Notes: a model not told the origin generated them from the sequence alone. A stretch of 37,406 nucleotides of DNA from a virus (IMGVR_UViG_2778261667_000012:1-37406); one strand, 5' to 3'. Positions 25,925-36,433 are shown, counted from the stretch's first letter. Numbers and translations are program-made.

Positions 25925-27101
25925 CGGCAAACCTACTGCAGATTACGAGCGCATTCTGGCTGATAATGGCATGCCGGTAACCGAAGAACAGGCTCGCGCT
26001 GAATTTGAAGCCATTGTCAAAGACGAAGGGCTTATCACCAACACTTCCCGCATGTCGCCGTTCTGGCGACTGATTACAGCTATCACCACAAAACCCGTGA
26101 TGTGGCTGAAAGATGCGCTGGTTAATGTGGTGATGAAAAACCTGTTTCTGGCTGATGCCAGCGGTGTATTCGTTGATGTTTTTGCCTGGGCGGTAAACCT
26201 GCAACGCAAGGCCGCCACGCACGCAGCCGGCGAGATTCGTTTCACCAAAAACGACATTGATCGCGCAGTTACCGTGTCGGCCGGTACGCAGATTCAGACA
26301 GAACGCATTAACGGCGTGATTTATACGCTGACCGTTGTCAGGGATACCGTTATTCCGGCAGGAACACTCAGCATGAACATCGATGTTTCTGCGGAACAGG
26401 CCGGAGCCGGCTTTAACCTTGCGCCGGGATATTACCGCATCCTTCCGGTGGCGATTGATGGTATTGCCGGCGTTGAGAACGATGAAAACTGGCTGACCAC
26501 ACCGGGTGCCAACGAAGAAAGCGATGACGAGTTGCGTGATCGTGTTCGCAATCAGTTTAATCTTGCCGGCGCTTATCACACCGATGCAGTTTACCGGGGA
26601 TTAATTGCCGGCGTTGCCGGCATCAGTGCCGACCGCATCTATTTTCTGCATGACGCACCACGCGGCCCCGGCACAGCAAATGCTTACATTCTGCTGGATA
26701 CCGGCATCGCATCCGAACCGTTCGTTGATGCAGTAAACGCATTCATTAACGATGAAGGTCATCACGGACACGGTGATGATCTGCGCTGTTTTTCCATGCC
26801 TGAAACACGCCACACCCTGACCGTGACACTCTGGTTATATGCAACGCTGAACCTCAGCGATGAGGAAATTCAGACGTTATTGCGCAATGTGGAAAATCTG
26901 GTTCGCTGTGCATTTCGAGAAAACAGCGATTATGACGTTCAGAAAACATGGCCGTATAGCCGTTTCAGCATGTCCAGACTGGGCGAAGAGATCCACCAGG
27001 TATTTCCACAGGTGGAGTCGGTTACATTTTCTCTTCCGGATATTCTCAGTGATCTGGCTGTTCCTCGTCTGGAATCCCTTACTGTGGAGGTGAGCGCGTG
27101 A
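25914..27101 (+). CDS. Baseplate J-like protein
   Basis: 395 aa immediately upstream of the gpI-like gene; fits the baseplate J family by size and context. Confidence 0.7.
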   Translation: MMINGKPTADYERILADNGMPVTEEQARAEFEAIVKDEGLITNTSRMSPFWRLITAITTKPVMWLKDALVNVVMKNLFLADASGVFVDVFAWAVNLQRKAATHAAGEIRFTKNDIDRAVTVSAGTQIQTERINGVIYTLTVVRDTVIPAGTLSMNIDVSAEQAGAGFNLAPGYYRILPVAIDGIAGVENDENWLTTPGANEESDDELRDRVRNQFNLAGAYHTDAVYRGLIAGVAGISADRIYFLHDAPRGPGTANAYILLDTGIASEPFVDAVNAFINDEGHHGHGDDLRCFSMPETRHTLTVTLWLYATLNLSDEEIQTLLRNVENLVRCAFRENSDYDVQKTWPYSRFSMSRLGEEIHQVFPQVESVTFSLPDILSDLAVPRLESLTVEVSA

Positions 27102-27733
27102 AACTTCCGGAGATCCCTGAATTCCCGCTCCCCACCTGGATGAATAAAGGCGAGCCGTTAACGCTGGCACATTCATCGCATCGCTACTGGGAAAAGGTAT
27201 ACAGCTGGCTGACGTGGCCACTACAGCAGATTGATGTCGACACCTGCGCAGAACCTTTACTTAACCTGCTGGCTTATCAGCGCAATATCACCCGATTTAA
27301 AGGAGAGCCGGTTTCGTTATTTCGCTTAAGGGTGAAACACGCGTTTATTAACGCTCAGGACTCTGGCGAACGCGCCGGCTTCGAACGCATCTTTAAGCGT
27401 CTTGGCGTGGGAGACGTTAAAACACTGGAACGGCAACTGCAGCATGACTGGGACGTTATTTTACTGCGCATTAATGACACCCAGTTAAGTGAAAACAACG
27501 CGCTGATGATGCAGCTCGTGCGCCAGTATGGTCGTACCTGCAGGCGCTATTTCTTTCAGGTAATCAATACAACCACTGCCCGGCTGACAGCCGGCACATT
27601 TGATGGCCATTACAGGTATCACACAGCAGAAGCAACGGTGAGAAAGGACACCATCTGGTTAACCGCTTCGCTACAGGCAGGACATTACGGCCTGTCCGTG
27701 GAGCATTACACATTACAGGCAGACGAAGCATGA
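27098..27733 (+). CDS. Tail protein I-like (baseplate wedge)
   Basis: …VDTCAEPLLNLLAYQRNITRF… resembles the conserved gpI N-terminal motif as recalled. Confidence 0.65.
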   Translation: MKLPEIPEFPLPTWMNKGEPLTLAHSSHRYWEKVYSWLTWPLQQIDVDTCAEPLLNLLAYQRNITRFKGEPVSLFRLRVKHAFINAQDSGERAGFERIFKRLGVGDVKTLERQLQHDWDVILLRINDTQLSENNALMMQLVRQYGRTCRRYFFQVINTTTARLTAGTFDGHYRYHTAEATVRKDTIWLTASLQAGHYGLSVEHYTLQADEA

Positions 27734-29556
27734 GCACGATTATTACTGAACAGTACGAACACTGGTGTGCGAATCAGCTCATCAGTGGAAAACCTGCGCG
27801 CCCGGATACATTTGTTTTTGCATATATTCCGGGACAGGATGAATCCGCAGAGATCCCCCGCGATGAGATACTCCCTGATGAATCCATGATTCAGTATCGT
27901 GCGCCGGTCACCCAGTACGGCCTCCTGTCGCCGAACGCGACCGCGTTTTCCATCATTCTGGACACGACAGTCGGCGACTTCGAATACAACTGGATCGGTC
28001 TGCTGAACGAAGAAAGCGGCGTGCTCTGCATGATTGCGCACACACCTCGTCAGCAAAAAATTAAAACAGCGAACGGCGTGCAGGGAAACAACCTGATCCG
28101 CACATTTTCCATGGAGTTTGACGGCGCAGCCGCAGCAATGCATATCGATGTCAGTGCTGATGTCTGGCAGATTGATTTCACTGCACGCCTTGCAGGAATG
28201 GATGAGGCCCGCCGGCTGCTGGCGTTTGATCACTACGGTGAAGCCGCTTTTCTGGGGGATGGTTTTCAGGTCAGCTATCAGGATGGTACCGCTACTGTTG
28301 CCGCCGGCGTGGGTTATGTGGGAGGTCTGCGCGTCAGTCTGCGCGAACCTTACAGCCTGCCGGCTGCGGTCGGGGATACCATTTGGATTGATGCAAGCTG
28401 GCAGGGATTTGTTACCGGCGAATGGAATACCGTTTTTACGTTCTGCGCCCGCCAGGAACATGCGTCCTATACAGACGGTAACGGCTTCCGACACTTTGTC
28501 GCGCCACTTGCGAAACTGACATCAGAAGGCTTACAGGATTTACGTCCACAGACGCCCGATGAAGAACAAAGCAATGCACTGGCAGAGCACGAAAAATCCC
28601 GCCGTCATCCGGACGCAACACTGAAGGAGAAAGGCTTTGCGCAGTACAGCAACTCCACCGACAGCGACGCAGAAGACCGCGCCGCCACATCAAAGGCAGT
28701 AAAAGCCGCAATGGATAAGGCAAAAGGCGCTGTTGAGCGTGGCGGCGACACCATGACCGGGGAACTGAAAATCCGTGGTGTTAATGCGCTGAGGATTTTC
28801 AACGAAGCCTTTGGTCTGATTTTTCGTCGTTCGGAAGAGTGCCTGCACCTTATCCCTACCAGTGAAGGTCAGGGCGAGAATGGCGATATTGGTCCACTTC
28901 GGCCGTTCACTATTAATCTGCGGACGGGTGAAATATCCATGTCGCATAAAGTGTCTGTTGGCGGCGGTTCTCAGGTCAATGGTGCGCTGGGTATCGGCGT
29001 TCAGAACGCGCTGGGCGGAAACTCAATTGCTTTCGGGGATAACGATACAGGTATAAAACAAAACGGCGACGGCATTCTGGATGTTTATGCGAATGGACAG
29101 CATGTATTTCGTTTCCAGAATGGTGTGGCGATAGCGTTAAAAAATATTCAGGCCGGAAATGCTAAAAAATTCACGTTATCCAGCGCCAACAACTCCACGA
29201 AAAACGCAACGTTTAATTTATGGGGTAATTCATCCCGACCTGTAGTTGCAGAGCTTGGTGATGATTCCGGCTGGCATTTTTACAGTCAGAGGAATACGGA
29301 TAACAGTATAACGTTCGCTGTAAACGGGCAGATGGTTCCATCAAACTACGGAAACTTTGATGCCCGCTATCAGACCAAAACAGGCGGTGTGCAGGATGTG
29401 CGTCTGGGAAGCGCCATTGGTATTGGGCGTGGCGGGAATGCACCATCAGGTCACCTTATCAGCGGTCTTGATGGTGGTGAAAGTATGGACTGGGCCAATG
29501 CCCGCCCGGTGCAGGTTCTGATTAATGGCGTCTGGCGGAATGTAGCGAGTTTGTAA
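27730..29556 (+). CDS. Tail fibre protein 1
   Basis: 608 aa; the central …EHEKSRRHPDATLKEKGFAQYSNSTDS…TSKAVKAAMD… matches the conserved P2 gpH-type fibre segment as recalled. Confidence 0.8.
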   Translation: MSTIITEQYEHWCANQLISGKPARPDTFVFAYIPGQDESAEIPRDEILPDESMIQYRAPVTQYGLLSPNATAFSIILDTTVGDFEYNWIGLLNEESGVLCMIAHTPRQQKIKTANGVQGNNLIRTFSMEFDGAAAAMHIDVSADVWQIDFTARLAGMDEARRLLAFDHYGEAAFLGDGFQVSYQDGTATVAAGVGYVGGLRVSLREPYSLPAAVGDTIWIDASWQGFVTGEWNTVFTFCARQEHASYTDGNGFRHFVAPLAKLTSEGLQDLRPQTPDEEQSNALAEHEKSRRHPDATLKEKGFAQYSNSTDSDAEDRAATSKAVKAAMDKAKGAVERGGDTMTGELKIRGVNALRIFNEAFGLIFRRSEECLHLIPTSEGQGENGDIGPLRPFTINLRTGEISMSHKVSVGGGSQVNGALGIGVQNALGGNSIAFGDNDTGIKQNGDGILDVYANGQHVFRFQNGVAIALKNIQAGNAKKFTLSSANNSTKNATFNLWGNSSRPVVAELGDDSGWHFYSQRNTDNSITFAVNGQMVPSNYGNFDARYQTKTGGVQDVRLGSAIGIGRGGNAPSGHLISGLDGGESMDWANARPVQVLINGVWRNVASL

Positions 29557-29558
29557 TC

Positions 29559-30113
29559 ATGATGCACTTAAAGAATCTTACGGTACAAAACCCTAAAACA
29601 ATTGAGCAATACCAGCTGGCGCGGCAGCATAAATTTTTATTGTGGCTGTTCTCAGATGATGGCCAGGAATGGCACGAAGCCCAGGAAAAATTTCAACCAG
29701 ACACTCTGAAAGTTATTTATGTCGAAACTGGCGAAGTGGTCTGGGTCGGAAAAGACATCACCTCAATCTGCCCGGAAAATAAAAGTGTGATTGAGTTGCC
29801 GGATATTACCGCTAATCGTCGCATTGAGGCGTCGGGATACTGGTTTTACCGCGACGATAAATTTGTCTTCGACTACAAACTTAAAGCGGAAGATGAACGC
29901 GATGCCCTGTTACAACGGGTCAGCATCATGACCAGCGAATGGGAAAAGGACCTGCTGCTGGGATTAATCAGCGACGAAGACAGGGAGAAATTGAAAGCCT
30001 GCCGTATTTATACAAAAACGTTACGGGAGATGACATTCAGCCAGGTTACAGATAAAGCATCGTATGCCGCGATTGTATGGCCAGAATTACCGCAGAACAT
30101 TAGCGAGAATTAA
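29559..30113 (+). CDS. Tail fibre assembly chaperone 1
   Basis: 184 aa immediately after fibre 1, with a C-terminal …AIVWPELP… Tfa-type motif. Confidence 0.7.
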   Translation: MMHLKNLTVQNPKTIEQYQLARQHKFLLWLFSDDGQEWHEAQEKFQPDTLKVIYVETGEVVWVGKDITSICPENKSVIELPDITANRRIEASGYWFYRDDKFVFDYKLKAEDERDALLQRVSIMTSEWEKDLLLGLISDEDREKLKACRIYTKTLREMTFSQVTDKASYAAIVWPELPQNISEN

Positions 30114-30119
30114 GAAGTA

Positions 30120-32057
30120 ATGAGCGCACTGTTGACGAAAGCATTTGAAAAGTGGGTTGCTGAATGCACAGCCAGTAATTTACCTGCGCGCCCTGACGCT
30201 ATTATTTTTGCCCTGATGGAGCGGGAACCAACGCGCGAAGATAATACCGTTCCGGAAGAAAAAATCACATATGCTGTGAATGAACTGACCTACGGCCAGT
30301 TAAGCCCGAACAATATTGTGTGTAGCGCGGTTGTTCCTGATGACTGTGCATTCAGTTATGACTGGATTTGTCTCATCCATCAGGCCAGCGGAACACTATG
30401 CGGCGTAATAAAAACGCCTGTTCGACAAAAAGTGACAGGCGAGTCACTTATTCGTAATTTCACGATTATATACAGTGGCATTGCTCAGGCTGCGCAAATT
30501 ACCGTTCCTCCACAGAGCTGGCAGGTAGATCTTTTCCCTGAAATAAACAAAAAAGCGCCACTGGACAGCCCGGCGTTCACCGGCACGCCAACCACACCAA
30601 CTCCGCCAGACGATGCGGTCGGGCTGGAGATGGCGAACGCAGCGTTTGTTCGCAAACTGCTCGCCGCACTGGTTGACTCATCACCGGAAGCCCTGGACAC
30701 ACTGAACGAACTGGCAGCGGCGCTGGGCAATGACCCGAACTTTTCGACGACGGTCATTAACGCGCTGGCGGGTAAACAACCGCTGAACGATTTGCTGACG
30801 GCAATCAGTGAACTGACGAAACGGGCAGATAATCTTCTGTACTTTAATCAGGACGGGAATGTTTCTCTCTCTCCGCTGTCAGAAAAAGCCCGCGCATTAC
30901 TGGCACTGGACACACCTGAAGCCATGCGCACGGAACTTGAACTGAAAGCGGCTGCAACGATGGAGTCCCAGAGCAATATCCGCGACCGCACACCAGGCAG
31001 GCTGGCGCTGCCGGGGGCATTTGGATACGGAATGACAGAGCACGAGGGGATGGTGCTCGGCATTACAAATCTTGATGAGCTTGCGTTGATATGCATGAAC
31101 ACAGAACCAGGTCGATATTACACATCATCAATGTCATCAGGTGATTTAACTGGTGTAGTCGAATTTATCTGGCTGGACAACTGGCAGAATGACAAAACCA
31201 GCCAGACAGCAACAAAACTTATTCTGTTTTACGGAAGAGACGGACGTATTCTTTCCAGCGTTCGCGGCTCTGACTACGGAGCCCCTGTTGTATGGAGAGA
31301 TCTTACCCCATTAACTGGCAACACAACTGTAAAAGACGCGCAATCGGATATCCGGGATCGTACACCTGGCAGGCTGGCGCTGTCCGGCATGTATGGATTC
31401 GGCCAGGCATTTACCAGCACCGAAGCCCTGGCATTTAACGGGCAGGCCGATTTTGCTGAATGGCTGAAAGAGGCCACCCCGGGGCGTTATGCGGTCAGTA
31501 TTGCGGACTCTTCCACACTACTGGCGGGCACCACGAAATTTAACGGCATCATTGATGTGATGTGGTCACCCTTTGATAACGACGAGTCAGACACAACGCG
31601 CAAATTCAAAACGCTGCTGTGTTTTAACCAGTATTACGAAGGTGAGCACAGTATTCATCGCCTGACTTACCGCTGGAGTGGAAACAACTGGAATGCAACA
31701 GTAAGCCCCATTATTTACGACGGCGATTCGCTGGCGTTCCTGCTGTCCAGGACAGCTGGCTCAGGCTCATATTTCAAATACCCGGCAGTGGGTGTTCCGG
31801 TGCTGGCTGTTTATCGCGGAACAACTTCCGGGGATAAAGAAATCAAAATTGGCCTGGGTGATGTGGTGCAGGGGTCACTACTGGGCGGAGTTAATCTTTC
31901 GTGCACAATATCTTCTGCGGGGGCTGGCTCCTACGGTTCCACACCGAGTGCAGGAGCTACAGGGTACACTTTTCCGGGGCGTTATATGGCGTTATCCGGG
32001 GTCAGGGACTCTTACGGAACAAGCGGTCGTATCTGCCTGTTTGTGCGCATCGAGTAA
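30120..32057 (+). CDS. Tail fibre protein 2 (paralogous N-terminus, different distal part)
   Basis: 645 aa; the N-terminal about 150 aa is homologous to fibre 1 (…LPARPD…, …L(I/C)RNF(T/S)…). Contains an internal repeat …IRDRTPGRLAL… twice. Confidence 0.7.
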   Translation: MSALLTKAFEKWVAECTASNLPARPDAIIFALMEREPTREDNTVPEEKITYAVNELTYGQLSPNNIVCSAVVPDDCAFSYDWICLIHQASGTLCGVIKTPVRQKVTGESLIRNFTIIYSGIAQAAQITVPPQSWQVDLFPEINKKAPLDSPAFTGTPTTPTPPDDAVGLEMANAAFVRKLLAALVDSSPEALDTLNELAAALGNDPNFSTTVINALAGKQPLNDLLTAISELTKRADNLLYFNQDGNVSLSPLSEKARALLALDTPEAMRTELELKAAATMESQSNIRDRTPGRLALPGAFGYGMTEHEGMVLGITNLDELALICMNTEPGRYYTSSMSSGDLTGVVEFIWLDNWQNDKTSQTATKLILFYGRDGRILSSVRGSDYGAPVVWRDLTPLTGNTTVKDAQSDIRDRTPGRLALSGMYGFGQAFTSTEALAFNGQADFAEWLKEATPGRYAVSIADSSTLLAGTTKFNGIIDVMWSPFDNDESDTTRKFKTLLCFNQYYEGEHSIHRLTYRWSGNNWNATVSPIIYDGDSLAFLLSRTAGSGSYFKYPAVGVPVLAVYRGTTSGDKEIKIGLGDVVQGSLLGGVNLSCTISSAGAGSYGSTPSAGATGYTFPGRYMALSGVRDSYGTSGRICLFVRIE

Positions 32058-32070
32058 CGGGGAATAAAAC

Positions 32071-32652
32071 ATGAAAATCAGAGCAGTAAAAGGCATCAGA
32101 AACGCCCATTATCTCGAAAATGGTGCGGTTGACTGCGAGGTGTTATTTGAAGGTGAAACGGAATTCGTCCCGTATACCGCCATGCAGGACGATAGCGCCC
32201 CGACAGGCCAGCGCATCTGGGAAGAGTTACAGAGCGGCAAATGGGGAGAAATAACCCCGTTCACCGTCACGCCGGAACTTATCGCCGCGGCGAAGGATGC
32301 CAAAAAGCGGGAAATAGAGGTGTGGCGCACAGAACAGGAGGCGCAGCCGTTCACGTTCGAATGGAACGGTCGTAGCTGGAATGCTGGCCCCAGCTCACTG
32401 GCCCGTATCTATCCGGTGGTAATGGCATCAAAATCCGACACAGCGCGGGACGTTATGACATGGGGTGATGCCGATAATCAGCAAGTGAAGATGTCGATGA
32501 CAGAGCTTGAGGAGCTGGCTACAGCTATGGCGCAGGCGCAGGTTAACCGCAATGATGAAATTTATCGACGTCAGCGACAGATGAAGGACGTGCTGGATGG
32601 CCTGAATAATCTTGCCGACATCCGCGCTTTTCAGAGTGGAGAGTCAGAATGA
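32071..32652 (+). CDS. Putative tail fibre assembly/chaperone protein 2
   Basis: 193 aa immediately after fibre 2; weak family resemblance, so the call is mainly positional. Confidence 0.35.
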   Translation: MKIRAVKGIRNAHYLENGAVDCEVLFEGETEFVPYTAMQDDSAPTGQRIWEELQSGKWGEITPFTVTPELIAAAKDAKKREIEVWRTEQEAQPFTFEWNGRSWNAGPSSLARIYPVVMASKSDTARDVMTWGDADNQQVKMSMTELEELATAMAQAQVNRNDEIYRRQRQMKDVLDGLNNLADIRAFQSGESE

Positions 32653-33362
32653 AATGGGAAAAGGCAATTCTGCGTCCGTCAGCCATGCACATTAAATGCT
32701 CTGTGGTTTGCCTTCATCCATGGTCAGAAAATACCGGAAACATCAAACCATCGGGGCGTTATCTCAGCCCCGAAAATGCTGTATCTGCACTTTTACCCTA
32801 TCTGAAAGAAAGCACAGAAAAAGACATTGTGGCGCTGTTATTTTGCGCCCCTTCTGCTGGCGAGTTTTTATCACTCGCCAGGCAATTTTCAGGCGCATTT
32901 CCGTTGCCGGAGGTGGGACGAATGTCCCGCATGATCTCCAGCCAGCTTTCACTGGCCATCAGCAGAATGCAAATCCCCGCCAGACCGGCAACATCACTTC
33001 CGGAACCGATAATGCTGTCGACACAGACCACTCGCAGCATGTCGCTGGCAGCAACCATTGCACAGGCAGCCACTCCTGCCGCCACATCACCGGAAACATT
33101 GTCATCATCGCTGCATCAGTTCATGAATGCGAGAGATAAAGCCTTACAGGAAATCGCTGATCAGCAGGCCGCACTCCGGCAAAAATTTTGCCCGGTGTGG
33201 CGCTTTTGCTACAAGGGAGCTCTTAGCCAGGCTGCAGTGCTGATACAAAAAAACATCCCACACCCAGAGTGGGTTTTTACAGCTGTGATGCTGTTCGTCG
33301 GCGATAATCTCTCATCACTAAGGGAAGCACTACATGACCCAGATGATTGTCCTTGCGCTTGA
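32649..33362 (+). CDS. Hypothetical protein (possible tail/baseplate component)
   Basis: 237 aa, ATGA-coupled to the upstream gene; no family recognised. Confidence 0.4.
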   Translation: MKWEKAILRPSAMHIKCSVVCLHPWSENTGNIKPSGRYLSPENAVSALLPYLKESTEKDIVALLFCAPSAGEFLSLARQFSGAFPLPEVGRMSRMISSQLSLAISRMQIPARPATSLPEPIMLSTQTTRSMSLAATIAQAATPAATSPETLSSSLHQFMNARDKALQEIADQQAALRQKFCPVWRFCYKGALSQAAVLIQKNIPHPEWVFTAVMLFVGDNLSSLREALHDPDDCPCA

Positions 33363-33909
33363 CGGGGAAGCCATTCTGCTGCGCAACATCACCGTCAGCG
33401 CCACCATGCAACTACCGGACAAAGATATGTCCGGACAGTCAACCAGCACCACGAGCGCCCAGCAGGGAAACAAGGCTAAAGAGCTGCGCGTGTCGGGGGT
33501 TATTGATTTTAACGATGAAGCTATTCTGACCCGTATTTTTCAGCTTGCGGAGGCAACAGAAAGCAACGGTGCTAAAAAAACATATCGCATTGCTAACGCT
33601 ACCGCGAAGGCAATCAATATGCGACAGGGGGTATTTTCTGGTGGCATTGATGCCACGGAACAACAGGGAAAAATGCACTGGCAGGTCACCTTTACTCTCA
33701 GGGAAAAATTAAGCGTGCCAGAGAAAGCATCAGCACGTAGCGGTTCACAAAAAACCATCGCCAGACAGCAGACCCAGAATGGCAGCGAACAGGCACCAGA
33801 CAAAGGCATGAATACGCAAAGTTCGTTCTGGAAAAAAATCAATGATGCCGTTGGCTCTGGTCTGGATGCTGTTGGCATTGGGAGCGTGAAAGAGGAAGGG
33901 AAAACATGA
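33334..33909 (+). CDS. Hypothetical protein (possible tail/baseplate component)
   Basis: 191 aa with an AAGGGAAG RBS; overlaps the upstream gene by 29 nt. Confidence 0.4.
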   Translation: MTQMIVLALDGEAILLRNITVSATMQLPDKDMSGQSTSTTSAQQGNKAKELRVSGVIDFNDEAILTRIFQLAEATESNGAKKTYRIANATAKAINMRQGVFSGGIDATEQQGKMHWQVTFTLREKLSVPEKASARSGSQKTIARQQTQNGSEQAPDKGMNTQSSFWKKINDAVGSGLDAVGIGSVKEEGKT

Positions 33910-35603
33910 AATTGATACAACGCTGCATGATTAATGGCGAACGGGTGGAAATTGCCGATATAAACCTTGTTCTTACCCTGAATGCTGCCGGTCGTGGCTT
34001 CATTTCTGTTAACAATCTGTCACCCGAACACAGCCTTGCCGGCGCAATGGTACAAATTGATCTCGGCCGTGACGGTGAAGCATGGCGCTATTTCTCCGGC
34101 TACATTGAGCGCGATCAACCTGCTGAAAATGGCTCACGTCGCCTTTTTATCCGTGAAGCAGCTGCTGTGCTGGATTTTGATTTCCCTTGCTCCATGCAAC
34201 ACCCGACGTTGCGGGGGGTACTCGATAATCTGGGGCGACAAAGCGGTATCGTTTTTATCACTCCGGATGCGGATTATGCCAGTATACCAACTCCCTACAT
34301 CACCCACAGCGGCAGCGGAGCACAACTGCTCAGCCAACTGGGGCGAGCATTCAGTATCAACGATTACGTCTGGCACCCTATGCCGGACGGTTCTGTATTT
34401 GTGGGAAGCGCAGCTGATTCACGATTTGCCAGTATTACAATGCCGGATATTCCGCAACAGTACACACTCGGGCAAAGCGGCGGAAACAGCATCGACATCA
34501 TGTTTATGGAAACTGTGCGACCGGGCGTGAACCTACCGGCCGGGCGCATTACCCGTGTAGCCCTCAACAACGAGAAAATGACCCTGACATGGGAGCGCCT
34601 TACCGCCACGGGTAGCCCTGTTTCCAAATCACCATTACGCAGACAAATGGAAACACAGTTCCCGGAACTGGTCAGCGGTACGCTACATACCCGGCTGGCG
34701 CGCGTCATTGCACCAACGGAGCCCGCCACCCTGGGCGATGTGGCCGACAGTTTCCGCCCACGCTACGCCGTCGATGTGCAGTTGCTTGATGAGAACGGCA
34801 ACGATAAAAGCGATACGCCCGTTTACCCGGCAGTACCGCTCCCCGTCCCCATGGCTGGCAGTGAGGCGGGATGTTTTGCCTACCCGCCGGCAGGCACCAT
34901 CGTGGAAATATCCAACATTGAAGGACGACCGGATAAACCTGTCATCAGGCAAATCTTACCCGCTGGTCATAACCTGCCTGATGTAAAGCCCGGCGAACAA
35001 TTGCAACAACAGCGCGCAGAAGTGTTTCAGCGTGTCACGACTGACGGAAGCTGGCACAGAGAAACCGACCAGCAAATCAGGGAGCATTCAGCCAGGCGAA
35101 CCATTAACAGCGATCAGGAAGAACGCACAACAACAACCAGAACAACAACAGTACAGGCAAACGACATAACCAGCGTTCTGGGAACCAGCAAGCTGATGAC
35201 AGGTCAGACAGAACACATTACTACTGGCCATTATGCGATCGCAGCCGGTGAGCATATCCAGATGGTAGCGCAGGATTTGCTGACTAAACTCAAAGGGGCG
35301 ACATCCACCATCGAGCATAACCTCACCGAAAACGTGGGAGGCCGCAGAACATGCCGGGCGGACGGCGGCCTGGAATTTACCGCCCCGACTGTATTTATTG
35401 GGCGCGGTGGCTCACGGGAAAAATCCGGACTTAATCTGCTGACGTTGTTGATTGATATTCTGGATCTGGTTCAGTTGCTGGCCACACACACTGCAAACCA
35501 CACCCACAGCAACACTGGCGCACCAACAAACAGCAGCGAACTTGCCGCAGACGCCCAACAGGCTACGAGCCTGCGCGAAAAATACGGCGACCTTATCGCC
35601 TAA
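33906..35603 (+). CDS. Putative baseplate hub/central spike protein (gpD/gpV-like fusion?)
   Basis: 565 aa with a beta-helix-like repetitive C-terminal region and a His-rich apex (…THTANHTHSNTGAP…) reminiscent of P2 gpV-type spike tips. Confidence 0.45.
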   Translation: MKLIQRCMINGERVEIADINLVLTLNAAGRGFISVNNLSPEHSLAGAMVQIDLGRDGEAWRYFSGYIERDQPAENGSRRLFIREAAAVLDFDFPCSMQHPTLRGVLDNLGRQSGIVFITPDADYASIPTPYITHSGSGAQLLSQLGRAFSINDYVWHPMPDGSVFVGSAADSRFASITMPDIPQQYTLGQSGGNSIDIMFMETVRPGVNLPAGRITRVALNNEKMTLTWERLTATGSPVSKSPLRRQMETQFPELVSGTLHTRLARVIAPTEPATLGDVADSFRPRYAVDVQLLDENGNDKSDTPVYPAVPLPVPMAGSEAGCFAYPPAGTIVEISNIEGRPDKPVIRQILPAGHNLPDVKPGEQLQQQRAEVFQRVTTDGSWHRETDQQIREHSARRTINSDQEERTTTTRTTTVQANDITSVLGTSKLMTGQTEHITTGHYAIAAGEHIQMVAQDLLTKLKGATSTIEHNLTENVGGRRTCRADGGLEFTAPTVFIGRGGSREKSGLNLLTLLIDILDLVQLLATHTANHTHSNTGAPTNSSELAADAQQATSLREKYGDLIA

Positions 35604-35945
35604 TCACCGGGCATAAAATCCACATAAACGCCCCATCACGCAACGCACGGTTCAGGCCGTGCGTTTTCATATCTGCCACCTGATTAATGCGTTCTGCGTG
35701 CCATTCCGGCGCTGTATGCGCACACCACGTAAACGGTGTGACGTAAAGCGTGAGGTGACGTAAACCGCGCTACCCCCTCCAACCCGCGGGTTTTGTGTCG
35801 AAACACTTTTTCAGTTTTCTGCCGTGCAAAAATGACCGTCAGCCCGCGCTGCGACTGAGGGAAAGGCGAGGATCTGAAATTTCACGTTTTGAAATTTTTT
35901 GCAGTTTTCAGAGAGGTTTTTACGATCGCACAAATGGTAGGAGCA

Positions 35946-36083
35946 ATGAAACCGCATGATATTAAAAGAGTTTTCATACTTTACGCGAGACGAGAAACGA
36001 TCACGAAAGGATCGCATCAAAAAATCGTCAAACAACGAAGCCTGACGCAGCACGGCCTGCGTAAAATTAAGAGTCAAAATTAA
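35946..36083 (+). CDS. Small basic hypothetical ORF (45 aa)
   Basis: AGGAG 4-5 nt upstream of the ATG at 35946; translation MKPHDIKRVFILYARRETITKGSHQKIV…; low support. Confidence 0.2.
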   Translation: MKPHDIKRVFILYARRETITKGSHQKIVKQRSLTQHGLRKIKSQN

Positions 36084-36433
36084 ACTGAAAAAAGGATCAA
36101 TACCGCGCCTCGATCACGCATGACGATCTACACAGCAACAGGGCGAAAAAAAACCGGCGCGAACGCCGGCGGAAGCATGTATCAAATGCGTGACTGAATA
36201 ATGTCTACGGTCGGGAATTTTACATCAGAAGGCTGATAAGTCTCAACGGATTGAAACAAGGGAAAAAACCAGGCTAGAATTCGCGCGGGTGCCTTTCGGC
36301 TGATGGCTGGAGGGAATACCTGAAGGCCGGATGTGGAAAGGCCCCGGAAAACATTTTCTGTTTAACCGAGGCCCTAACCGCATTACCTTCGCAAGTGATA
36401 GGTTAGCGCCTCTCCAATAAAGGAGCAAGCGCT

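Larger units (their letters stand above)
934..35800. mobile_element. Integrated P2-family mosaic myovirus prophage; boundaries approximate
   Basis: Contiguous integrase, repressor, replication, head, tail and lysis genes. Left end is bounded by glsA. Right end is not defined (no att direct repeat found by eye) and the element may extend to include the hok-like locus. Confidence 0.8.

Noticed and set aside
25902-26579. 225-aa minus-strand ORF and other long minus ORFs across the tail module (e.g. 27706..28494, 23844..24611)
   Set aside because: All lie antisense to strongly supported, tightly coupled plus-strand tail genes.
35604-36100. LexA/SOS box (CTGT-N8-ACAG) or a 186 Tum-like antirepressor module at the right end
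   Set aside because: No CTGT-N8-ACAG match was seen and the only small ORF there (35946..36083) has no recognisable family.
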